A DNA stretch of 64,000 nt from a bacterium (lineage in GTDB: Bacteria > UBA8248 > JACPRG01 > G963555815). Location: the NCBI GenBank assembly GCA_965261595.1, contig CBDHDG010000003.1, positions 276,947 to 340,946 on the forward strand. The letters run 5' to 3'. This document shows positions 42,000 to 50,838 of the stretch, piece after piece. Each line of letters begins with the position of its first letter. Positions within the stretch are counted from its first letter, which is position 1. The translations under genes were made by a program, and so were the position numbers. Under the pieces are notes generated by a model. The model had not been told where the DNA came from. It did no database searches and saw nothing but the letters and a program-made list of their open reading frames with translations.

Positions 42000-42847
42000 G
42001 CCGGCAGGTGGGTCCAGCCCACGACAGGTAACGCGAACGAAATGGCACAGAAAGCGAAGACGGACGAAACACAGGCGAAGCCGGACGCCGCATGGGTGGA
42101 TGTCATCTCGGGGAGCGAAGTGCACCGCGAGCACGAGCCCACGCGGCTGTTGCGGGTGAGTGGACTAGCCCCGCCGGGCGACCTGGGCGTGACGTCTTAT
42201 TGGCTCGGTGGGCTGGCCTACACCGCCATCGCGCTGGCCGCCGGCGTTTGGCTGGCCGTGGACTGGACGATGATCGACAACGAGGAACCGTTCGATGATA
42301 CCGAGGCGGAGGAGCGGGACTGGATCGCGGTCCAGCTACCCATCCCGGCGGACCCGGCGCTGGACGCGCGAGCGCTGCACTGGGCGATGCGAATACTGAG
42401 CGAGCTCGCGGCGATGGATATGCCCGACGGGCTCACCGTGAAAGGCCCGCGCGCCCCGGATGGGCCGGCGAGCTCGTGCGGGCACGGGTCGCGCCGCCGT
42501 GGGAGGCGCACGAAAGAGACGGAGAATCCGCGCCGGGCCAGATCATTGTGTGCGAAGCGCCGGTGGCGGCCTGGCAGGGGTTGCTTGGGCTGACCGGACA
42601 GCGGGGGGCGATTCCGCTCTGGTGCCCGGAAAGCAAGGAGAGAGCCATCATCGCGCACATGACGCACCTGGTGAGGCAGAGGCTGCGAGAGACCGGGTAC
42701 GGGCTCTGCACGCCGGTGACGGGCATGCACGAAGGTAGCGGGAACAAGAGGGTGAGGAAAATGGCGTGGGGGATCGCCGCAACCGGGACTGGCGCCGGGT
42801 CGGCGAGCCGAAGGGATGTGAAACGTCTGCTCGAATTGCTTGGCTGA
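42000..42847 (+). pseudogene. hypothetical protein, probably frameshifted
   Basis: Protein-like GC-rich stretches in two overlapping frames (41805-42593 and 42476-42847); no motif recognised. Confidence 0.3.
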
Positions 42848-43215
42848 ACGGCCGCGATGGTCGTTCGGCGGCGATTTGGATTGGGGACAACAGCCGACAG
42901 GCGCACCTAGAGATTGGAAATCAAATGGTACCTAAGTGGTACCTGGAAATTAGAGAGGCCGAGCGAGAAAATTGTATAACACATTGATAATAAGCCAATT
43001 ATAAGGCTCTAAATCGAGGAAAATTGGAAGGAATATTTTAGATTGAACAGTTAGTGGAATCCAAATTGGGGGCGGACGACGCGTACGAGTGGAACTCTTG
43101 AGTGGCCGTACGGCAGGTGAAAGATGCTTCGGAGGCGGAAAGCTCGCATGGTGGACAGACTCTTGGCGAATGAGGTGTCGGCAGAGTCACTGAATGCGAC
43201 ACTGAGCCGAGGTGG

Positions 43216-44226
43216 TTACTCGTCGAAGTAGCCCTGCGGAAACATTGCTCTTCCACCATGCCGAAAATCGTTCATTACGTTTGCGTAGGGTACGGGGCGA
43301 GAGGAATGATCTTCGCGCGAGAGCGATATTAGTTTGATGCAATGGGAGGCTCTGTGAATCATCAGCTGTGGTATGGCTAGCCATCCTGCTCGATTGAAAT
43401 GGCCTGATAAGGATCGTCTTATGGTATTAGTGACTATGTCTACTGCCTCAAGGCCGAATTCGGGCTCGGATGAAAACTGGAAATCCTCTCTTAGTAGAAG
43501 TTTGAGATCAAAGAAGTCACCCTTCTCAGCATCGTTGACAAACTGTAGTTTGTAGCCGTCGGGACGAATTCGAAAGCGTTCTTGCCAGCGGTAATCTCCT
43601 CCTTCCGCAGCCATAAGAGGCTCCCGGAATGTCTTTGATTCGGTCATTGGCAAAACTACGGTTGACCACCATTTCTCCCATGGAGTTATTCCCAGTCGAT
43701 CTTTGGCGTCAATCCTCCAGTGATATTCTCCCAACTCCGGTGGTGTACGAAAGGCGAAATAAGTGTCAGCGTGATTGAGTGTCTGATACACCAATTCCCC
43801 CATCGCCACAGACTGCACATAGAGCTGAAGTGGCATGTCTTCCAATTCTCGACGTAGTTTCCAAATTTCGCCCACTAAAGTTGTACGATGTTCTGGAGTG
43901 AGATGGGCGGTTATCGCTTCTGCTTGTCCTGTCTTGTGAAATGTCAATTCCTCTTTCGAGTGCATTCCCAAGTCGACTGCAACCACTTCAAACAATGCGC
44001 CTATTTTTCTCAAGATCCGGGCGACCTCGATGACGTGTGCTTCCGATAGGTCGCGACCCTTGACTTCACCCTTTGTCTTGGGCAAACGCCTTCTCAGTCG
44101 TGCGTACAGCCTTTCGAAGCCTTTCATTGCACTGCTAGGGATTACGAGTGCGCCAACAGCAGAAATGCTATGGCGTCGATGTATTTGAGGCGCAAAGGTA
44201 CCCGATTCGTCGATGAAGATGTGCAA
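43216..44226 (-). CDS. DUF3800-like protein (RNase H-like fold)
   Basis: MHIFIDESG N-terminus, EVKG and C-terminal GLEAVDIV; GGAGG RBS. Confidence 0.75.
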   Translation of the reverse strand: MHIFIDESGTFAPQIHRRHSISAVGALVIPSSAMKGFERLYARLRRRLPKTKGEVKGRDLSEAHVIEVARILRKIGALFEVVAVDLGMHSKEELTFHKTGQAEAITAHLTPEHRTTLVGEIWKLRRELEDMPLQLYVQSVAMGELVYQTLNHADTYFAFRTPPELGEYHWRIDAKDRLGITPWEKWWSTVVLPMTESKTFREPLMAAEGGDYRWQERFRIRPDGYKLQFVNDAEKGDFFDLKLLLREDFQFSSEPEFGLEAVDIVTNTIRRSLSGHFNRAGWLAIPQLMIHRASHCIKLISLSREDHSSRPVPYANVMNDFRHGGRAMFPQGYFDE

Positions 44227-44276
44227 TTCAACCTCCGAGACGACAGGTCACACTCGTCGTCGAGCTGCGAGGGGGG

Positions 44277-45680
44277 TGGACCGCCCCTGGGTTATTGGAC
44301 ACTCGGGTGAGGGTATTCGACCTCATGCGGCCTCCGCAACTTGAGCGAGTTTTTCCTGCCTTGCCTGGGCCGGCGTTCGGTAGCCGTAGCCCTCGAGAAT
44401 CCAATGATGGTTGTACAGGTTCTTGAACTCAAGCAGCGCCCACCGCAGTTCCTCTACGGTGGCGAAAGAGCGCACCCACAGGAGATTCTCCTTCAAGATG
44501 CGGATGAACCACTCACAGTAGCCATTTCCCTCGGGCGCCCGCACGAAGCTGGGCGAACTGGTCATGCCCAGGTAGGCGATCTCCCGCTGAAAGTCATCGG
44601 ACAGATAGGCGGGGCCGTGGTCGTGACGAACTTTAAGCCCCTCGGCGACGTCCGCCTCCAAGCCGGCGAAGCGCTCGGCGACCCCCTGCCGGATCGGCTC
44701 CAGGGCCTCGAAGCGGTTGCCGCTCTTGGCCGCATGGATCCCCACGCAGTCCACCGAGCAGTGATCCACCGCCACGAACACCGAGGCCATCCCCTCCTCG
44801 GTGGTCACCGTCGTCGTCATGTCCGTGCCCCACATTCGGTCGGGCCGCTCGGTGCGGATGGTCCCGTTGTGGGCCTTGGGACCTCGGGGTTTGCCCACCC
44901 GGTGGGGGGCCTGAAGCCCCGCCTCCCGCATCAGGCGACGCACCCGCTCCTTGCTGGTGCGGATGCCCGCGAAGCGCAGCCTCGCCCACACCTTGCGGTA
45001 GCCCTCGCCATGGAAGGGAGAGTCCTCCAGGACCTGCCGGATGTGGCCGAGGAGTTCCGCATCGGTGCACGGGCCCACAGGGCCGCGCTTATTGGGCGTG
45101 GGGCGTTCATGAACGGGGACCGCCTCTCGCCGCCGTTGCGCGTAGACCGTGGAGCGCGCCAAGCCCCAAAGGGCGCACACCCGCTTCAGGCCGTAGGCTC
45201 TGCCCGTGGAGGTGAAGCGGGCCTGACTCATCGCCTCCACCTCCTGCCGGCTAAAGGGCGGCCGGCCTCCAGGCGGTCGATCTTCTCCCGCAGGACCTCG
45301 CCCTCCATCGTGAGTTCGCCCACCTTGGCCTTGAGCCGGGCGTTCTCCTCGTCCCGCTCATCCGCCGGGCGGGCTTTGAGCGCCGCCTCGCCCCCGCGAA
45401 GGAACGCCTCGCGCCAGGCGGAAAGCCGAGCCGCTGTCGTGCCCAACTCGCGGCAGAGCGTCTCCAGGCTCTCGCCCCGCAAAAGACGCAGGACCGCCTC
45501 CCGCTTGCGCTGGCAGGAGAACCGACCCCGCTCACTGCGATGCCCTGGGGCCTTGGCTCCGTTCGCCCTGCGGGCGCCCTCCGCCAAAGCCCCCTCTTGC
45601 TTTTGTTCGTTCATCGCGACACCCCTTTCTCCATGAATCATGGATCAATCGAGTGTCCAACAAAACCCTAGAGCGGGGGA
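44277..45680 (-). mobile_element. IS3-like two-ORF IS, copy 2 (1404 bp)
   Basis: Reverse complement of 15564-16967 with a few substitutions (GPK/GSK, DEE/AEE). orfA 45228-45614; orfB 44323-45231. Confidence 0.93.
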
Positions 45681-46058
45681 GCCTCCAGGTCAAGCTCATC
45701 AAAATGGGCGGGAGGATTGTGCGGCACGCCCGGCAGATCATCTTTCAATTGGCCGAAGTAGCGGTATCCAGGGAAGAGTTCGCCATCATCCTGGACCGAA
45801 TCAACCGATTACGGCCGGTGCCGGTCTAACCTTGTGCAGAGGGTTCCCGGCAGCATGAGGTGATTGGTTAACGGGTTGAACCGCGAACAAAGGAGACCGA
45901 AGGGCGAGGGTCCGCCTTTTGGGGCAGTCGATGGCCGTCAGCACCTTGTTGCGGAGGGTTGGAAGGCTCTTGACAAACCCATCGGAAGGGGATCAACTGG
46001 TTTTCATCGGGAAAGGGGACCGGAAACCACCCAAGCAAGTTGATATGGGAAATTCCGG
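45681..46058 (+). mobile_element. IS1380-family 3' remnant
   Basis: SLQVKLIKMGGRIVRHARQIIFQLAEVAV...RLRPVPV*, followed by a putative right end ATGGGAAATTCCGG. Truncated by the adjacent IS. Confidence 0.7.
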
Positions 46059-46531
46059 CTTATATGTTAGTTTGGGAAGCGAAGCCCCAAGTCACCCGAA
46101 CCTTCGCGGAGAAACTGGTAGAGAAACTATTGAGTGGTAGTGGGAAATGAGAATGTGAGGGATGCAGTATGGTGCCTCGGTATGCCAGCCTGTTGTCACC
46201 GGTCAGGTATACGCAGGCCAATGCGTTCTGAGGCTCGAAACCGTCGCCGACGGTTGAACACGCCTTCTGTTTTCTGCTGAAGTAGTGGACGTGCCCCGCG
46301 TAATCACGGTCTTCGTCGGACTGGTATGGTGGCGTAACTCTAATCCGAAGAAATCCATCAACAGAAGCGGTCAGACATTGCTCCTGATTCTTCGGCACGG
46401 ACACTTGAGCTATGAACTCGACGTTGGAGTCAGGGCTAACGGGTTTTAAGCACTGGCGTGCTTTACCCTCGGCAAAACAGTGACGTGATAACATAGGGCT
46501 GTAACTTATTGTGGGTAATGACGTTAGAGCG

Positions 46532-47848
46532 ATGAGTCGGGGCAAGACTGTGCGACATTTTACATTTGTTCATCTTTCTGACATTCATTTCAGCAAGCGT
46601 AGTGGCGATCACTACGACCTTGACAATGAACTAAGAAGAGAGCTCGAACGCGATGTGGTCGAACAGATCAGAGCCATCGAACGTCCGGCCACGGGAGTCC
46701 TGGTCACTGGGGACATCGCGTATTCGGGTAACGCTGATGAATATCGAAAGGCCCGAGAATGGTTGGGGCACCTTTGCGATCTCCTTGATATCGATACAGC
46801 GAATGTGTGGTTGACGCCCGGGAACCACGATGTCGACAGAAACATCGCTAAGGGAAGCCGGAGTCTTGAAGCTTTGCACCAGCAGGTAAAAGACGCCAAA
46901 GCTGCAGATGTAGCTCAAGTCTTGCAGAGCCTTTACCGCGATGAGGTCGATGCCAACTGTCTCTTTAGTCCTTTTGCGCAGTACAACAAGTTTTCTGAGC
47001 CATTCGGCTGCGAAATCGGACCTCAAAGACCGTACTGGAACACAACAGAGTCACTTGATGAAGGTTTTCGGCTCTCAATTTGGGGCTTCAACTCAGTCAT
47101 CGTGTCAGGGCCGGGTGACCGGCGACAAGATTGTGAGCGTGCTGGGTCGTTAGTCCTTGGCGCGTTTCAGATTCCCTTGGCCGCTGACAAGACTGTTCAC
47201 ATGACGCTCTGTCATCACCCTCCAGATTGGTTGAAGGACAAAGCTGAGGTCGAGCCCCGTTTGATCAAACGGGTGAATATCCAGCTGTTTGGCCACGAAC
47301 ACCATCAGCAACTTGCCGTCCACGACGGCACCCTTCGCTTAGTCGCAGGTGCGGTGCATCCAAAACGTGGAAAAGATGAAGGGAAACCGGCGTACAACGT
47401 TCTTTCGATTCGAGTTGATGTTGGACCTCCAATGAAGCTGATCGTCACAGTGTCTCCCCGAGTGTGGGACAATAAAAGCCTGCAGTTCAACGGTGAGGGG
47501 ATTCAGGAAGTCACCTTGCCACTCGTCGAATCACCGCCGCCCGCGCAAGACGGCGGCGGGCCTGAATCGATGTCACCGTTGTCGGTGCCTGACAATTCGG
47601 GTTTTGAGACTGTTTCAGAGACACTTGGAACGGGGAGGCCATCTGTGCGCAGTATTGCGTTTAGGTATATTGATCTGCCGTATCAGCGGAAGCTCGAAAT
47701 CGCCCAAGAGCTCGACCTCTTCGATGATTCTGACGAGAATCTGAAAGATCGAGAAAGATTCAGGCTGGTCCTGCGTAGGGTTCGGGAACGGAAGCTCTGG
47801 CGTGAACTTCTAGAGCGGACCGAGAAGGCAGAGATGGCGGACGAATGA
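46532..47848 (+). CDS. calcineurin-like metallophosphoesterase with C-terminal helical adaptor domain
   Basis: HLSDIH, TGDIA, PGNHD, CHHP and GHEH motifs, then a Pro/Ser linker and a ~65-aa tail (IAFRYIDLPYQRKLEIAQELDL). Confidence 0.88.
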   Translation: MSRGKTVRHFTFVHLSDIHFSKRSGDHYDLDNELRRELERDVVEQIRAIERPATGVLVTGDIAYSGNADEYRKAREWLGHLCDLLDIDTANVWLTPGNHDVDRNIAKGSRSLEALHQQVKDAKAADVAQVLQSLYRDEVDANCLFSPFAQYNKFSEPFGCEIGPQRPYWNTTESLDEGFRLSIWGFNSVIVSGPGDRRQDCERAGSLVLGAFQIPLAADKTVHMTLCHHPPDWLKDKAEVEPRLIKRVNIQLFGHEHHQQLAVHDGTLRLVAGAVHPKRGKDEGKPAYNVLSIRVDVGPPMKLIVTVSPRVWDNKSLQFNGEGIQEVTLPLVESPPPAQDGGGPESMSPLSVPDNSGFETVSETLGTGRPSVRSIAFRYIDLPYQRKLEIAQELDLFDDSDENLKDRERFRLVLRRVRERKLWRELLERTEKAEMADE

Positions 47849-47877
47849 AATGAGTATCAAGATGGAGCACAAATGAC

Positions 47878-49020
47878 ATGGACATGCCCCTTAGTTTCCC
47901 CGACTGGTATCGAAACGGTAACATCCACACAGACGGCGATTTGGTCACTAAGAGATGGCAGAGGGTTGAATCGGCTATCGAAAAGCTAGAACTGAGAGAG
48001 GCGGTGGAAATTGCCAAGCTATTCGTGCGAAATCTGAGCTTAGCGCCTTCCTTAGCCGAGCGCATCATTTCACATTTCCAAAAGGCCGATTCTTCTTTCG
48101 GCCCAACAGGCAACGCGCACGAGCTCCGTGTCCTTGGTAGCTGTATTCTCGGTACGCTCTTCGAACAGCGTTCGGGAGACGCTGCGGACGCAGCCGCCTT
48201 AGCGCTTAGATGCTTGACGTTTCAGATGTCCAACCAGCACGGAGTTCCCTCTCCCGCGATCCTCACGCTCACCAATTCATATCTCGAACGTCGAGCAATC
48301 GAACTCAGAGAGCGCGTGGAGCCGAAACTTCCAGCAGTCCCGAGGATCGACTTCACGGAGGTTCTCTCACAAATCTCAGAGGTATCTCCTGGAGAAGCGA
48401 ACAAGGTGGCGCAGCCTCTGAAGGTAGTGGTCGAAACACTGACCAAAAAGATCCAAACGTTTGCGAAGTCTGTCCAGAAGTTCAATAGTGATCAACTGAC
48501 TTTCCTACGTGCGCAAGACGAAGAACTCAATATTGTGTGGTGGCTCTTTGGAGGAGCTAGCCGAGATGAAGATATTCGCTTTGAGGACCTAACTCCAGCG
48601 ACCGCCTGTATTCGTGCCGCGAAGGAGCTTGCGGATTTGACATCCCTCAGTCTCCGCCCCCGGGGAGCACGTGCCTATTTGGAACATGTGATTCGAGCAT
48701 CGAGCCGAGACGAAAAGCACCCTTGTATCAGTGTCACAACCGCCGTCGATGAAATCGGTGGGGAATGGTGTGCAGAATGGATTGCTTCCAAGGATCCGGT
48801 TTGGAAGAAACTGCTTGATAACAGCAAGGAGGCCTTACCGATCACATTTGCACTCGCCCTTCGCGGTGAGGAGCGCGATCAGCCGCATGTCTGGATTGGA
48901 CCATTCGAAGAGATTAAATGTGTTTCTGTATCTGAGCAGCTCGAAGCCACTAGTCTCTCTCTGCAGTTCTACGATGAGCAGCTATTGATGAAACTGCTTG
49001 AAGAGTTAGAGGAGGCGTAA
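47878..49020 (+). CDS. all-helical protein (GASH-like, GTPase-associated)
   Basis: FPDWYR N-terminus, QDEELNIVWWLFGGAS, AAKELADLT and LQFYDEQLL. Stop overlaps the next start (TAATG). Confidence 0.7.
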   Translation: MDMPLSFPDWYRNGNIHTDGDLVTKRWQRVESAIEKLELREAVEIAKLFVRNLSLAPSLAERIISHFQKADSSFGPTGNAHELRVLGSCILGTLFEQRSGDAADAAALALRCLTFQMSNQHGVPSPAILTLTNSYLERRAIELRERVEPKLPAVPRIDFTEVLSQISEVSPGEANKVAQPLKVVVETLTKKIQTFAKSVQKFNSDQLTFLRAQDEELNIVWWLFGGASRDEDIRFEDLTPATACIRAAKELADLTSLSLRPRGARAYLEHVIRASSRDEKHPCISVTTAVDEIGGEWCAEWIASKDPVWKKLLDNSKEALPITFALALRGEERDQPHVWIGPFEEIKCVSVSEQLEATSLSLQFYDEQLLMKLLEELEEA

Positions 49021-49976
49021 TGGCGGAAGAAGATCTGAAGGGAGCCGACGAAACGAGTCCGGAAGCGATCGACCAGCCTGATGACGACGCTGCAGACAGT
49101 GACTATGTTGATCTTCCAGACGCGTCTTCATTGACAGAAGACGGCGCAGCAGAAGTCGTGCGCAGATCCGGCGGCGAAGTCATCGTCCTCGCTGGGTTAC
49201 AGGGGGCCGGAAAGACGACGCTTCTGGCGAGTGCTTATCAAAGATTTCTCGACGGTCCGTTTGCTGGTTGTTCTTTTCAGGGTTCGCAATGCCTACGTGC
49301 GCTCGAAGATCGTTGCTATCTTGCACGTGTTGCGAGCCGAGGTCAGGTTCCGACGACGGCCCGGACTGAGCAATCCGAAGGGCTGCAGATCCTGCATCTG
49401 GGCGTACGAGCGGCTCAGAGAGAATCAGAGATTGTCAATCTTCTGTTCGCTGACATGGCCGGTGAATTCTTTCGGCGTGCTCGTGACAACGCGGAGGAAT
49501 GCCGAAGGCTGCCGATCTTGCGGCGTGCCAACCATCTGGTTTTACTGGTTGATGGAAAGTGTTTGGTGAATCCTGAACAACGACCTGTTTGCCTTCGCGA
49601 CGCTCGGGTACTACTGAGACGGTTCGTCGAGTGCGAAATGATAGGAGACTGGACCTCCGTCCAAGTCGTTGCGTCTAAGTGGGACCTCATTGCTACTAGT
49701 GACAACGTGGAGGCGATAAAGGAAGCGCTGAGAAGGGTCGAGCAACAGCTGAATGTGTGGCTTGGTCCAATGCTGGGAGCGTTATCGTTCTCCTACGTTG
49801 CCGCGAGTCCGGCTGCACAGCCAGAGCTTAAGGTCGGTTACGGAGTTGAGCGATTGTTTAAGCTCTGGACTGCTCGTCCCACGTGGGAGCGGTCGGCCAC
49901 GATGGCTGCGGCAGGACCCTCAGACGGCGTTCAGCGCGAGGCCGACAGATTTCGACTTAGTTCTGAGCTGGGATAA
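49020..49976 (+). CDS. TRAFAC-like GTPase 1 (double-GTPase system)
   Basis: G1 GLQGAGKTT, G2 TART, G3 DMAGE and G4 SKWD; acidic N-terminus. Confidence 0.82.
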   Translation: MAEEDLKGADETSPEAIDQPDDDAADSDYVDLPDASSLTEDGAAEVVRRSGGEVIVLAGLQGAGKTTLLASAYQRFLDGPFAGCSFQGSQCLRALEDRCYLARVASRGQVPTTARTEQSEGLQILHLGVRAAQRESEIVNLLFADMAGEFFRRARDNAEECRRLPILRRANHLVLLVDGKCLVNPEQRPVCLRDARVLLRRFVECEMIGDWTSVQVVASKWDLIATSDNVEAIKEALRRVEQQLNVWLGPMLGALSFSYVAASPAAQPELKVGYGVERLFKLWTARPTWERSATMAAAGPSDGVQREADRFRLSSELG

Positions 49977-49981
49977 GACAC

Positions 49982-50833
49982 GTGAGCGAAGCCAAACAGC
50001 TCTTAGTGGGTCTGCCTGGTACAGGTAAGTCGACATTTCTCGCAGCCCTCTGGTACACCGCAGAATGGGGCAGTACTCATTGGAAGATCGACCAGTTAGG
50101 TGCCGAAGAAGAACACTTACAGATGATCTCTAAGCGGTGGTTAGAATGCAATACGATGGAGCGTAGTGCGCAGGCAGGTGAGGCTCTTGTTGCAATGCGT
50201 TTTCGAGAGGAAGAATCAGAAAAAAGGCTGACAGCATTCTTTCCGGATCTTGCTGGTGAAACATTTGAGAATCAGTGGGTCAATCGGCAATGCTCCAAGA
50301 GCTACCTAGAAGCAGCCCGGGCTTCAAACCAGATCTTGATGTTTCTGCATTCACAAAAACTCAGACATGGGGAGCGTATTGAAGACTATCTTCAGGAAGA
50401 GTGTGACTATGGACAGGAACAACGAACTGCTGTCGAGAGAAGGCCAGAAAGAGATCCGACTCAAGTTATCCTTGTCGACCTTCTCCAGATCCTGTCTCAG
50501 CCTCCTATTCTCCATGAGTCGCTAAAAGTTGCAGTTGTGGTGTCTGCTTGGGATCTAATCGAAAATGTGCAGGCACAGGTTGGTGTTCCCAAGGAGAATC
50601 CGGATACTTGGTTTAAGGAGCACCTACCATTACTTCATCAGTTTCTTAAGAACAATCACGAGTGGATCCAGTTCAAAGTATTCGGAGTTAGTGCACAGGG
50701 TGGCGACTACACAGATCAACTGCAAGTTAGCGATCTGCGAAGCATCGAGCCGAACGAGAGAGTGAGGGTGGTGGAAGGAGCCAAAACAACGAAGGATTTA
50801 ACGGCTCCGATGAGCTGGCTTGCGAGGGTCTAG
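49982..50833 (+). CDS. TRAFAC-like GTPase 2 (double-GTPase system)
   Basis: G1 GLPGTGKST, G3 DLAGE, G4 SAWD and G5-like GVSAQG. Confidence 0.82.
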   Translation: MSEAKQLLVGLPGTGKSTFLAALWYTAEWGSTHWKIDQLGAEEEHLQMISKRWLECNTMERSAQAGEALVAMRFREEESEKRLTAFFPDLAGETFENQWVNRQCSKSYLEAARASNQILMFLHSQKLRHGERIEDYLQEECDYGQEQRTAVERRPERDPTQVILVDLLQILSQPPILHESLKVAVVVSAWDLIENVQAQVGVPKENPDTWFKEHLPLLHQFLKNNHEWIQFKVFGVSAQGGDYTDQLQVSDLRSIEPNERVRVVEGAKTTKDLTAPMSWLARV

Positions 50834-50838
50834 ATGTC

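Noticed and set aside
46060..46545. 161-aa - strand ORF upstream of the GTPase operon
   Set aside because: No recognisable motif, and it overlaps the operon start and likely promoter; cannot be supported as a sixth component.
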